From contig CAJUGI010000001.1 of assembly GCA_910586065.1 (NCBI GenBank), positions 229,616 through 293,615 of the forward strand: 64,000 nucleotides of DNA, given 5' to 3'. Position 1 is the first letter of the stretch; the number at the start of each line of letters is the position of its first letter. A program made the translations under genes and the position numbers. The stretch comes from an uncultured Christensenella sp. (GTDB lineage Bacteria > Bacillota > Clostridia > Christensenellales > Borkfalkiaceae). The notes beneath the pieces were generated by a model. The model saw only the letters and a list, made by a program, of their open reading frames with translations. It did not search any database and had not been told where the DNA came from. Below are positions 16,963 to 26,112 of this stretch, one piece after another.

Positions 16963-19836
16963 TTAAATGTTGTAATATTCGTAATAGCACGCAAACATCT
17001 TCCATGCGCCGGTATTAAGTCCGTCGCCTGCAAAATTGCTGTTAAAGTTCTGAATGAAGTTTGCAAGCATATTTACAAGTTCGGACGAAGCTTCAAGCAG
17101 TCCGTAATCGGGGTCGCTCTTACGTTTTCCCTGTTTGGACTTTGAAAGGAACTCTTTCATTTTCGACGTGTTATTACCAAAATAATTGTTGTTTATCAAC
17201 CATTCAAGCGAGTGGTTTTGATTGTCAAAGTAGTTGCCGTGTACAAAGTCGATATATATTTTCGAACCGTAGGAGTTGTTGTCGTTGTAATAATATATAC
17301 CGTCCTGACCAAGAACCGTGGGTACTGCAAGATAATATATAAAGCCGTCAAGGGTATAAGTCCACATACCTTCCGCAGTCGAGCAAACCTTAATCATATT
17401 AATTGAAGTTTGAGGTAAACGCTCGATTTTTACGTTAAAATTACCTTGGTCGTTAGGAACTGCGGTGTCGCATTGCAAAAAGTACGTTCCGGCTTCCAGT
17501 ACCTGATATTTAAAGATGTTCGAATTTTCGTAAGAATTCCGTGTAAACTTGTCGTAACGCAAATCAGTGGTTTCATCAAAAATTATTTCACCGACGCTGT
17601 TATTATTTTCGTAATAAAGAGCAAGTCTGGGGTCCGTGTTGTTATTGTTAATAGTAGTGGTAAAGTGATAAATACCTTTTGCCGGCAAAGTAATTTTATA
17701 CCAGAGTCCGCCGCCGTAATCGGTCATCATTATTTTGGTTTTGTTTACCGTAAACTGATACGAGTTTCCGGGAATGTTAATCGCAAAAGCGTTTTCCGCA
17801 ATAAGCCCTTTTACAGGGTCTTTATAACTGAAGCAGTTGTCTTTGTCGGCTTCGGCGCTTGCCTGCGTATCGTGTCTGAATCCGTAATGGCGGTAGAAGT
17901 AGCACATTTCAAGCCACTGGTCCTCATAGTAACCGTACTTAGCCTTGTCGCCGTCGTTTTTATGCTCTTCGGCGTAAGCTTTCGTAAACTCTATAATTGC
18001 GTTTTTCAGATTTTCCGTTAAAGGCGTAAGCTGATTATCCGAAAATTCCTGAAGATAATAATTCCTGATAATCGTATCCGTCATTTTCTGGTCGCCGTAA
18101 GTAAATTTGAGTCCGCCGTCTTTATCGGCCGTCTCACGGTTTGACATATACCAGTAAGATATGCGGTAAAGCGAAGAGGGCTGGGTGGAAACTCCGCTTA
18201 TAGGAATAAACGTATCCGCGCCGAAGTGTTTTTCCGTCCAGGGTGAAGCCTGGTTGATATTCGCAAGCAACAAATACTTTTCGCCGTTATCGTCCGAATA
18301 GTAATAATATCCGTCTTCCTGGTTTATCGTAAGTCTATCCGATATTCCGTAAGAACCGTTCGAAAGCGTTTCGCCGTCTATTACCGAAACGCGCTGGTCT
18401 ATAGCCGTTTCGCTCTTTGTTACGTCGGTAATCGTAATGTTTCTTATCGAAGCCGTGTCGGTGCCGTCGTCTTTAAGAGGGTCCTTAATGTATATAAACG
18501 AAAGGGTGAGGTTAACCGTATGGTCCGCAACGTAAACTCCGTAATTCTGCACCCAGCCGTTATTACTGCCTGCGGTGCCGGTCGAATTTCCGCTGTGTTC
18601 GCCGACTATCTGTCCGTTAATAAGCGCAAACAGAATGTCGTTACCCGCCTCGGTGTCCACTTTGTATTCATAAGAAAGCGCGTCGCCGCTCTGAAGCGTC
18701 AGGTCAATATAAACGGTGGCGTAGGAATAAGGCTTTTTACTGTTGGATGCGGTCATATACCCGCCACCCTCGCCTATTATCCAGGGCCAGGTATAAGGAA
18801 CGTCTTTTTCGTTCGTTTCGGGGCTGAAATCGCCTATTTTACCATCTGTGCCCTCGCCGAGAACGTTTGCTTTGAACACCGAAGACGCGGGCATTTCAAC
18901 ACTTCCGTCAAACTTCGTGCGTTCTGTGGGCGTTTCGTTATTATCAGAATCAGAAGGGTCGTCCTGCGTGTAATCGTCGGAAGCATATTTATTGAAAAGC
19001 GCTTTCCAAGCCGATTCCTGAGGTATGCTCGAAACGTGCACTTCCGCAATTACGCCGTATCTGTCAATAACGACGGTGGTGGGGAACGCGGTTACGCCGA
19101 ACGCGCCGGTTATTCCCGCATTGTCGCGCGCGCAGTGGAAAGTAAGTCCCCAGTCGCTTTGGAATTTCGCTATTTCGTCTGCGCTGTCAGTCGAGTCAAG
19201 CGCAACTACGCTCACGGTATCCGCATAAGCCTTATAAGCTCTTTCAAGCGCGGGGAACTCCGTTTTGCACGCCGAGCATTCGGTGTACCAGAAGTTAAGA
19301 ACAACCGCTCTTTTCGTCTTAAAAAGTTCCTCAAGCGTCAACTGAATGCCGTAACTGTTCGTAAAGCTGAAATTGTGCATTATATCGCCTACGGAATATC
19401 TCGTACCCGAAGTCATCGTCTGCGAAATTACTTTCGAAGAAATAACAACTTCCGCGTTTTCCTTGTCGGCGGTGGTGGTAAAGGAAGTGCCTGCGGGCAC
19501 ATAGTAACCCGCGGGGAGTTTTTCCTCGTCTACAACCAATTCGTATTCGCCTGCCGGTAAACCGAATTCGATTTTACCCTCGTTCGAGGAAATACCGGTT
19601 GCAATTTCGTTTCCGCCCTTTTTAGCAGTAACGGTAATGTTCGAAAGCGCCAGACCTCCGATTGATTTAACAGAAATTACATATTTGCCTCTGTATTCGC
19701 TTCCTTCGTCCGTCGTACCGGGGTTTCTGAAGTTGGGCGACATATTCTTGCCGCCGCAAGCGGCAACCGCAAACGCTACGCACACCGTAAGGCACGCAAG
19801 TAACACGGTTATCAATATTTTTCTTAATTTACTCAT
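16963..19836 (-). CDS. Lipoprotein with a beta-sandwich domain, a TlpA/ResA-type thioredoxin domain and a ~650-aa C-terminal region of unknown function
   Basis: Lipobox AVAACGG. 'GKIEFGLPAGEYELVVDEEKLPAGYYVP', then 'VVLNFWYTECSACKTEFP...FPTTVVIDRYGVI'. The protein ends 'GAWKMFACYYEYYNI'. Confidence 0.8.
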   Translation of the reverse strand: MSKLRKILITVLLACLTVCVAFAVAACGGKNMSPNFRNPGTTDEGSEYRGKYVISVKSIGGLALSNITVTAKKGGNEIATGISSNEGKIEFGLPAGEYELVVDEEKLPAGYYVPAGTSFTTTADKENAEVVISSKVISQTMTSGTRYSVGDIMHNFSFTNSYGIQLTLEELFKTKRAVVLNFWYTECSACKTEFPALERAYKAYADTVSVVALDSTDSADEIAKFQSDWGLTFHCARDNAGITGAFGVTAFPTTVVIDRYGVIAEVHVSSIPQESAWKALFNKYASDDYTQDDPSDSDNNETPTERTKFDGSVEMPASSVFKANVLGEGTDGKIGDFSPETNEKDVPYTWPWIIGEGGGYMTASNSKKPYSYATVYIDLTLQSGDALSYEYKVDTEAGNDILFALINGQIVGEHSGNSTGTAGSNNGWVQNYGVYVADHTVNLTLSFIYIKDPLKDDGTDTASIRNITITDVTKSETAIDQRVSVIDGETLSNGSYGISDRLTINQEDGYYYYSDDNGEKYLLLANINQASPWTEKHFGADTFIPISGVSTQPSSLYRISYWYMSNRETADKDGGLKFTYGDQKMTDTIIRNYYLQEFSDNQLTPLTENLKNAIIEFTKAYAEEHKNDGDKAKYGYYEDQWLEMCYFYRHYGFRHDTQASAEADKDNCFSYKDPVKGLIAENAFAINIPGNSYQFTVNKTKIMMTDYGGGLWYKITLPAKGIYHFTTTINNNNTDPRLALYYENNNSVGEIIFDETTDLRYDKFTRNSYENSNIFKYQVLEAGTYFLQCDTAVPNDQGNFNVKIERLPQTSINMIKVCSTAEGMWTYTLDGFIYYLAVPTVLGQDGIYYYNDNNSYGSKIYIDFVHGNYFDNQNHSLEWLINNNYFGNNTSKMKEFLSKSKQGKRKSDPDYGLLEASSELVNMLANFIQNFNSNFAGDGLNTGAWKMFACYYEYYNI

Positions 19837-20005
19837 TGTCTGCCTCCTTTAATTCGTTTAAAATTCTATTCCATATTATTTTAATATATTTATAATCTTA
19901 AATCAAGTAAATTGTCGATAAAAATACAAATTTTATTCAGTAACAATCAAAAATTTTTTAAAATTTTATAATTATGCGTATAAAACAACAAAATGAATAA
20001 AATCC

Positions 20006-20034
20006 TTGACATTAGTTTGACTCAAAGATATAAT
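20006..20034 (+). promoter_or_regulatory. Consensus sigma-A-type promoter for the aminopeptidase gene
   Basis: TTGACA (20006-20011), a 17-nt spacer and TATAAT (20029-20034) in an AT-rich divergent intergenic region. Confidence 0.7.
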
Positions 20035-20063
20035 ATTAACCGAAAAATCAAAAGGAGAAATAT

Positions 20064-21437
20064 ATGGATTTAAAATACGAACGCAAGAACGTCTACAAGC
20101 AGGCGGACGGCAAAGAACTCAAAAAAATTTACGACTTTGCAGAAGGTTATAAAGACTTTTTAAATAACTCAAAAACCGAAAGGGACGCGGCTTTGACCGC
20201 CAAAAAACTCGCCGAAGAAAACGGTTTCAAGCCCTTTTCTTTTTCCGAAAAATTGAAGGCGGGGGACAAGAGATATTTCATCAACCGTCATAAAAACGTA
20301 TTTCTGATTTCCGTCGGTACCGAGGACGTTTCAAAAGACGGCGTAAGAATAATGGTTGCGCACGTCGATTCGCCCCGTCTCGATTTAAAGCCCAACCCCG
20401 TTTTTGAAGAATCCGGACTATGCTACCTTAAAACCCACTACTACGGCGGCATAAAAAAATACCAGTGGACGGCAATCCCTCTCGCGCTCCACGGCGTGGT
20501 GATGCTCCCCGGCGGCAAGCGTCAAGAAGTCTGCGTGGGCGAAGACGAAAACGACCCTGTTTTCTATATAACCGACATTCTTCCCCATTTGGGCGCCGAG
20601 CAGGCGGCAAAACCCCTTGCAAAGGCAATCGACGGCGAAAGCTTAAACGCGGTAATCGGCGGACTTCCCGCAGTTGCCGAAGACGGCGAAGAGGAAAAGG
20701 AAGCGGTTAAATCGCAGATTTTAAGGCTTTTAAACCAAAAATACGGCATAACGGAAGTGGATTTCCAGTGTTCCGAACTTTGTTTTGTTCCCGCGGGCAA
20801 GGCTCGCGACGTCGGTTTCGACAAAGCGCTTATTTCGGCTTACGGTCACGACGACAAGGTTTGCGCTTATCCCGAAATGCGCGCGGTTTTCGAAAGCAAC
20901 TCCAAACATACGGTAATCGCAGTGTTCGCCGATAAAGAAGAGGTGGGTAGCGACGGCACCACGGGTATGCAGAGCAAAGTCATTTCCGACGTAATCGAAA
21001 CCGTCGCGGCATCCTTTAAAGTCAACCCCATAGAAGTTCGTTACAACAGCAAATGCATCTCCGCGGACGTAACCGCTGCGTACGACCCCGCGTATTCTTC
21101 GGTGTTTGAAAAGCGCAACACAACTTTTATCTCGTGCGGCGCTGCGGTAAGCAAATATACGGGCGCCCGCGGCAAATCGTCCACAAACGACGCCGACGCC
21201 GAATATATGGGCTGGATTAGGGATATTTTCGACGCTAACGGAGTAACGTGGCAGGTCGGCGAACTTGGCGCAATCGACCAGGGCGGCGGTGGAACCGTTG
21301 CAAAATTCATTGCAAATTTAGGTATCGATACCGTGGACGTTGGCGTTCCCGTGCTTTCGATGCACGCCCCTTACGAACTCATTTCCAAGGCGGATATTTA
21401 TTCGCTGTATTTGGCTTGTCTGGCGTTTTGCAAGTAA
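20064..21437 (+). CDS. M18-family aminopeptidase (aminopeptidase 1 type)
   Basis: 'VAHVDSPRLDLKPNP', 'HYYGGIKKYQW', 'FADKEEVGSDG' and 'LSMHAPYE' are characteristic of clostridial M18 aminopeptidases. GGAG ribosome-binding site. Confidence 0.85.
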   Translation: MDLKYERKNVYKQADGKELKKIYDFAEGYKDFLNNSKTERDAALTAKKLAEENGFKPFSFSEKLKAGDKRYFINRHKNVFLISVGTEDVSKDGVRIMVAHVDSPRLDLKPNPVFEESGLCYLKTHYYGGIKKYQWTAIPLALHGVVMLPGGKRQEVCVGEDENDPVFYITDILPHLGAEQAAKPLAKAIDGESLNAVIGGLPAVAEDGEEEKEAVKSQILRLLNQKYGITEVDFQCSELCFVPAGKARDVGFDKALISAYGHDDKVCAYPEMRAVFESNSKHTVIAVFADKEEVGSDGTTGMQSKVISDVIETVAASFKVNPIEVRYNSKCISADVTAAYDPAYSSVFEKRNTTFISCGAAVSKYTGARGKSSTNDADAEYMGWIRDIFDANGVTWQVGELGAIDQGGGGTVAKFIANLGIDTVDVGVPVLSMHAPYELISKADIYSLYLACLAFCK

Positions 21438-21588
21438 TTGCGGCTCGGCTTATAAACTTTTAGCAATCCTGAGTTAAACGGCGCGCGCTTTCGGTACTAC
21501 TTATTTGTACGCCCTTTCGCCGGCGCCGTTTATCTTGCTCGTTTATGAGCAGGGACGTAAAAGAATAACTGAAATAATAAAAAATCAC

Positions 21589-21610
21589 GGCGGTCGCAGT
21601 TGCGGCCGCC
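21589..21610 (-). terminator. Terminator-like hairpin downstream of the 448-aa minus-strand gene
   Basis: GC-rich stem ggcggtcgca/tgcggccgcc with one G-U pair, followed on the minus strand by gtgattttt. Confidence 0.5.
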
Positions 21611-21639
21611 GCTTAAATTATATCAAAATTTCAAAAATA

Positions 21640-22986
21640 TTATTTTCCGCTTAAATCCTCGTGGGGAACAAAGCTGTAAACTTCCTTTAAAACTCTGCGC
21701 ACAAACAGCTTGTATTGTCTTGCGCCCGATTCGAACAACACGTAAACCCTGTCGCCGGAAACGCACAACCCTTCCGACATAGAGGGAACGGAATATTTGT
21801 TAAGCATACTTCCGCCGTCTATAAAGTAAACCCTTAAAGAACTTAAATTCAGATTGTTTTCCGTTGCTGGCGCGTTGGATTTAGTGGTAACGCCGCGGTA
21901 TTCAAAGTATTTTTCGTCCTTGTTGAAGTTGCGGTAAGTTTTATAATTGCTGTTCTTGGATATGACGGACCAGTCGTAAAAATACAAATTCGAATTCTTT
22001 AAACCGTAACTTTGCGAAAGCACCAGCTTATCGTTTAGTTCGGTGGTGGTTTCACCGTTGGAATTGGTTACCTGTTTTGTACCGTGAATGCGCGCAAAAC
22101 CCTGAATTTCAGCGGGAATGGAATAAATATTCTGAACCTGCGGAACCCTGTTCGAATAAGCCGGGTCCAGTCTGTCTGAATAAACGCAGTTCAAACCCGT
22201 CAAGTTGCTTTCGTTCGTCATATTGGTGGAGGTGTTAACGCTGTATTCATAAACGAAAGCGGTGTTATAATCGCCTGCGGGCGTTTTACCCTTGTGCGTG
22301 TCGTCCGTCTGATATTTTCTTCCGCGTTCAAATTCGCCTACGTACAGCTTGTCGCCCTGTAATTCGTTATAAGACTGGTTATATCTTCCGTCGCGGTAAT
22401 AATAGAGGAATGAAGCCTTTCCGTTCGCGTTGAACTTCGAAGTAAACTGAATTTCACCGTTTTCGTGCGCCTTTGCAACGATTTCACGTCCTATTTTATA
22501 GTCAAAAGACTTGTCCGTCGTCTTTGCGCAATAAACGTAACCCTCGTCGCCTTCGTTCGAGCAAATCCACAAAAAGTAACCGTTTGTGGCAATTCCGCCG
22601 CAATGTCCGTTATAATAACCTTCGCCGTCCGCGTTTTTAACCGTTACGTATCCCACGTAGCCGGTGGTTTTTCCGGTGACGTAAATGCGGGAGGGTGCGC
22701 CTTTTAAATAAGAACTTATAAAAAAGTACTCGTCGCCTTCGTAATCAACCGAAGTTTTATTGCCGTCTTCGCCTTCGGTTTCAACTTTAAAAGCGTCGGT
22801 TTTCCAGTTCGTAATACCCTGCGGCGTAGCTCCGTCCGCAAGTCCGGGTATGCCGAATTCCGCGTTAAAAGTGCCGTCAAACTGCGGATAGGTGTCTCCC
22901 CAGTACCATAAGAGTAAAAAGGTTGCCAGCACCACAACCGCCGAAAAAATTACTATTCCCGTTATAAACAGCTTTTTGCTTTTCAT
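21640..22986 (-). CDS. N-terminally membrane-anchored extracytoplasmic protein, unknown function
   Basis: 448-aa ORF with a single N-terminal helix (LFITGIVIFSAVVVLATFLLLWYW). The rest is beta-rich and rich in Tyr, Gly and Asn. I recognise no family. Confidence 0.65.
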   Translation of the reverse strand: MKSKKLFITGIVIFSAVVVLATFLLLWYWGDTYPQFDGTFNAEFGIPGLADGATPQGITNWKTDAFKVETEGEDGNKTSVDYEGDEYFFISSYLKGAPSRIYVTGKTTGYVGYVTVKNADGEGYYNGHCGGIATNGYFLWICSNEGDEGYVYCAKTTDKSFDYKIGREIVAKAHENGEIQFTSKFNANGKASFLYYYRDGRYNQSYNELQGDKLYVGEFERGRKYQTDDTHKGKTPAGDYNTAFVYEYSVNTSTNMTNESNLTGLNCVYSDRLDPAYSNRVPQVQNIYSIPAEIQGFARIHGTKQVTNSNGETTTELNDKLVLSQSYGLKNSNLYFYDWSVISKNSNYKTYRNFNKDEKYFEYRGVTTKSNAPATENNLNLSSLRVYFIDGGSMLNKYSVPSMSEGLCVSGDRVYVLFESGARQYKLFVRRVLKEVYSFVPHEDLSGK

Positions 22987-23115
22987 TTCCGCTGCTCCAA
23001 AATAATATTCAAACTAATTTTACCAAATTCGTTCGGTAAATGCAAATAAAATGACGCAAGATAAAAAATTTTGCCGCAACGTGCGGAAATTTCCGTTATG
23101 TTGCGGCCTTAATAT

Positions 23116-23475
23116 TTATCCGAAAAGTCTCTTTAAAATCACGCCGAAAATAAAAGTTGCCAACGCGCCGATAAAAGCCAGAAAAATTTTAAAGGAAATA
23201 TCACGCTGTTTTTGCTTTGCCGTGCGTTTAAACGCAAATCCGCTCTCTTTCAGGTTAATAACGTACATCTTTTCGCCCTTGCGTTCCGAAGAGATAATGT
23301 CAAAATAACCGTCGCACTTCAGCGCGTACAAAATGTCTTCAAGTCTTTCGGCGGTATATTTGTGTTTCGAGGGCAAAATGGACAGTATGTCTAGCGGCGA
23401 AACAAGGCACCCCTCCGTGCCGTCGCAAAGCGAGTATACCGCCGCCATAACTTCGTTTTCGTATCTGTTCAGCAT
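23116..23475 (-). CDS. Small winged-helix-like protein with a C-terminal TM helix (paralog 2)
   Basis: The start is trimmed to MLNRYENEV, where the ATG overlaps the upstream TGA (ATGCTGA). The C-terminal helix is IFLAFIGALATFIFGVIL. Architecture parallels 23469..23888. Confidence 0.6.
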   Translation of the reverse strand: MLNRYENEVMAAVYSLCDGTEGCLVSPLDILSILPSKHKYTAERLEDILYALKCDGYFDIISSERKGEKMYVINLKESGFAFKRTAKQKQRDISFKIFLAFIGALATFIFGVILKRLFG

Positions 23476-23888
23476 CCGAACGCCGCCGAAATTATTCCCG
23501 CAACCAAACTTCCCAGAACGCCGCCCGCAAAAGCCGCCAAAAACGCAAATATATAAATTTTCTTTTCGGGCGGTTTCAAAGCGCAAACGGTTTCCGTTCT
23601 CACTTCGGGTGAGGGGATATGTTCCGGTGCCGGTTCATATTTTTTTAGCGGCGCCGCACAGTATAAATCCCCGCTCGAATATCTCAAATCGATAAATCCG
23701 TTCGATACGAGCGTCCGCAACGCCTTTTTCAGCTCCGCTTCGTTTTTATCCGAGTCGTCTGGAAAATTCTCAAAAAACTCATCCTCGGAAATAATAACGT
23801 ATCTGCCCAAAGACGCAAGCGAACAAATTTTTTCAAGCACCGCATTGCAAATTCTGTCCATCATTAAAATTGTGGCAACTTTTTGCAA
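23469..23888 (-). CDS. Small winged-helix-like protein with a C-terminal TM helix (paralog 1)
   Basis: The N-terminal ~70 aa (ICNAVLEKICS...LRTLVSNGFIDLRYS) are followed by a linker and the helix IFAFLAAFAGGVLGSLVAGIISAAF. Confidence 0.6.
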   Translation of the reverse strand: MQKVATILMMDRICNAVLEKICSLASLGRYVIISEDEFFENFPDDSDKNEAELKKALRTLVSNGFIDLRYSSGDLYCAAPLKKYEPAPEHIPSPEVRTETVCALKPPEKKIYIFAFLAAFAGGVLGSLVAGIISAAFGC

Positions 23889-23898
23889 TTTTTATACT

Positions 23899-24264
23899 TC
23901 AACCTTTCGCGGCTAAGGAAGCGTAAATTATCCCGCCTATAAAAAACGCAATAAAAACGGCAAGCAGTACGTATGCGGCTATGGTAACGTATAAAACCGC
24001 CTTAAAATTATTTTTCTTTTTCTGCGTGTTCAAAAACGAAAGGGAGGCAAGCGAACATAAAACCGCCGCAATTAATCCGTAAACCCCCAGTATATGGGGT
24101 ATGCACAGTGTAAGCACAAACAAAACAAGTCCTGCCGCCGAAGCCGCGGCGCCAACCCAAAAAAAGGTGGTGGAGTCGCTTTGCGGCTGCTCTCCGTTTA
24201 AATTACTCGGCTCGTTTTTCTTATTTTCGTTTTTATCGTTTTCCATATTAAACACTCCGCTCAA
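23899..24264 (-). CDS. Small membrane protein (3 predicted helices), unknown function
   Basis: 121-aa ORF whose start overlaps the rqcH stop by 4 nt. Three hydrophobic segments. Confidence 0.55.
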   Translation of the reverse strand: MSGVFNMENDKNENKKNEPSNLNGEQPQSDSTTFFWVGAAASAAGLVLFVLTLCIPHILGVYGLIAAVLCSLASLSFLNTQKKKNNFKAVLYVTIAAYVLLAVFIAFFIGGIIYASLAAKG

Positions 24265-25964
24265 TTTTCGTCTTTCAAAAGCTCGCCGTGCCCGTCCGGT
24301 TCGGCAAGCAAAGTTTTGTAATCGGTGTAAATAACGAATCCCGCGTTTGACTTCGGCGGTTTTTTAACGGACTTTCTCCGGCAGTAATCCACCGGCACCT
24401 TACTTGCGCCGCGCCCGTCGGAATAGTAAGCGCAAATCTCCGCCGCTTTTAAAACAACTTCTTCCGGCGCCGTCTTTCCCTCAGTAACAATAACAACGTG
24501 GGAGGAGTGGTAATTCTGCGTATGCAGCCATATATCCTGCGGCGAAACGCTTTTCAAAAGTCTGTCGTTCTGCAAATTGTTTCGTCCCGCCAAAATTCTG
24601 AACCCGCCGCATAAAAACTCGCGGAAAGGCGAAATCTTTTGCGTTTTTTTCTTTTTTACGTCCTCTTTCAAAAGCCCGCAAATTTTAAGTTCTTCCTCGG
24701 TCTCCTCAAGGTCCAAAAGCGTTTCGGCGGCGCATATGTGCGCCTCAATGCTGTTTAAGTAATCAAGTTTCTCTCCGGTTTCGCGCTTTTGTCCGCTCAC
24801 CGAAGCAAGCGTTCTTTTAAGTTTGGCGTATTTTTTATAATATCTTTGCGCGTTTTCCGCCGGCGAAAGCGATTTGTCCAGCGCAATCTTTATCGTTCCG
24901 CCCTTTTCGTCGTAATAATTCACCGCCTCAAAGCTGTCGCAACCGCGTTTAACGGCATATATGTTGGCGGTAATCAGTTCGCCCTTCAGTTTTACAAGTT
25001 CCATGTCGCGGCATTCAAAAAGTCTTGCGTCAAAAGTTGCAATCCGTTTTTCCAGTTTCTTTATCGCGGAAAAAACCGTACCGTAAAGTCTGCGCTTCAC
25101 TTCTTCAAACGTTTGCTTTTGCGTGACGTAAGCATAATATGCTGTCTGCGCTTCCAGAACCGTGGGATAAATCCGCTTATCGGCGCTTACGCTTTTAACC
25201 TTAAAATCATTCGGCTCTCCGTTCAAAAACGTCACGCAAGGTTCGGTTATACCCCCGCATATATAGCGGTTTACGTCGTGTGCCGTCGGTTTTTGGTTAA
25301 ATTCCCCGCATATTTCCAGAGCGGTGGAATAAGCTACCCCCAAAACTCTGTCCGCAATTAATTTTGCAAAGTCTCCCGAAAAACCTTTAAAAACCTCTTC
25401 GAGCGCGTTCAGGTTTTCGGGGTTCACTTTGTCCTGCGGCGCGGGCAAAACGTACTTCGCGCCGGTAAAAAGCACGCGCCTCGTGCTCTCGCCGATGGCG
25501 GTGGTTTTAAGCGCTCCCGCAATAATCCCGTTTTCGCACAGCACCGCGTTGGAGTATTTTCCCATCAGCTCGCAATAAAGGCTCATTTCTTTCAGTTCGA
25601 ATTCTGAATTGCACAAAAAATCAAACCGCACTATTCTTTCGCCGTCCGTTTGTTCAACGCGTTTTATCTCCGCATTCTGCAGATGTTTTCTCAAAAGCAT
25701 GCAAAAAGCCGGCGCAACTTTGGGCGCAGGCGTCTCCGTCCTGCACACGTTCAAACGGCATCCTTTTGCCGAAAAACACGTTTCCAGTTTAACCGTGCCC
25801 TTTCGGGTGTATATAATAAACGTGAGCATATCGCGGTTCTGCTGCGTGATTTTGGAAATTTTTCCGCCGGCAAGCAATTCTTCAAGCTCTTTCGCAACGT
25901 ATTTAATTGTAAAAGCGTCCTGCGGCACGGAAAACGCCTCCCGCCGAAAAATTTTGTGTAACAC
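24261..25964 (-). CDS. rqcH: RqcH / FbpA-family (NFACT) ribosome quality-control protein
   Basis: NFACT-N-like N-terminus (FTIKYVAKELEELLAGGKISKITQ), a coiled-coil middle, and a DUF814/NFACT-R motif 'GRNNLQNDRLL...DIWLHTQNYHSSHVVI'. Confidence 0.85.
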   Translation of the reverse strand: MLHKIFRREAFSVPQDAFTIKYVAKELEELLAGGKISKITQQNRDMLTFIIYTRKGTVKLETCFSAKGCRLNVCRTETPAPKVAPAFCMLLRKHLQNAEIKRVEQTDGERIVRFDFLCNSEFELKEMSLYCELMGKYSNAVLCENGIIAGALKTTAIGESTRRVLFTGAKYVLPAPQDKVNPENLNALEEVFKGFSGDFAKLIADRVLGVAYSTALEICGEFNQKPTAHDVNRYICGGITEPCVTFLNGEPNDFKVKSVSADKRIYPTVLEAQTAYYAYVTQKQTFEEVKRRLYGTVFSAIKKLEKRIATFDARLFECRDMELVKLKGELITANIYAVKRGCDSFEAVNYYDEKGGTIKIALDKSLSPAENAQRYYKKYAKLKRTLASVSGQKRETGEKLDYLNSIEAHICAAETLLDLEETEEELKICGLLKEDVKKKKTQKISPFREFLCGGFRILAGRNNLQNDRLLKSVSPQDIWLHTQNYHSSHVVIVTEGKTAPEEVVLKAAEICAYYSDGRGASKVPVDYCRRKSVKKPPKSNAGFVIYTDYKTLLAEPDGHGELLKDEN

Positions 25965-26112
25965 GATTATACAGCAAAAAAATTGAAAAGTAAATTTATT
26001 TACTTCATTAAAACGCTTTTCAAAATTATAAGATTGTGTTAAAATAAAAAACGGTTGCGTTTTAAAAAATGCGCCCGATTCAATTCAAAATCATTATTTT
26101 TAGGAGAAACAT

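Noticed and set aside
18520-19560. 346-aa plus-strand ORF inside the 957-aa lipoprotein gene. Similar long antisense ORFs occur at 54440..55255, 55505..56125, 56541..57488, 57843..58466 and 62886..63491.
   Set aside because: All lie fully antisense to genes with clear family motifs. They are Arg/Phe/Val-rich with junk-like composition and lack ribosome-binding sites. They look like typical shadow ORFs of moderately GC-rich coding DNA.
23476-23586. N-terminal extensions in the ORF track for 23116..23586. The same issue applies to 29502, 32142, 38198, 47551, 43439 and 16473.
   Set aside because: Downstream start codons have better ribosome-binding sites, or match family N-termini, or avoid overlap with the upstream gene or a terminator hairpin. 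The coordinates were trimmed accordingly.
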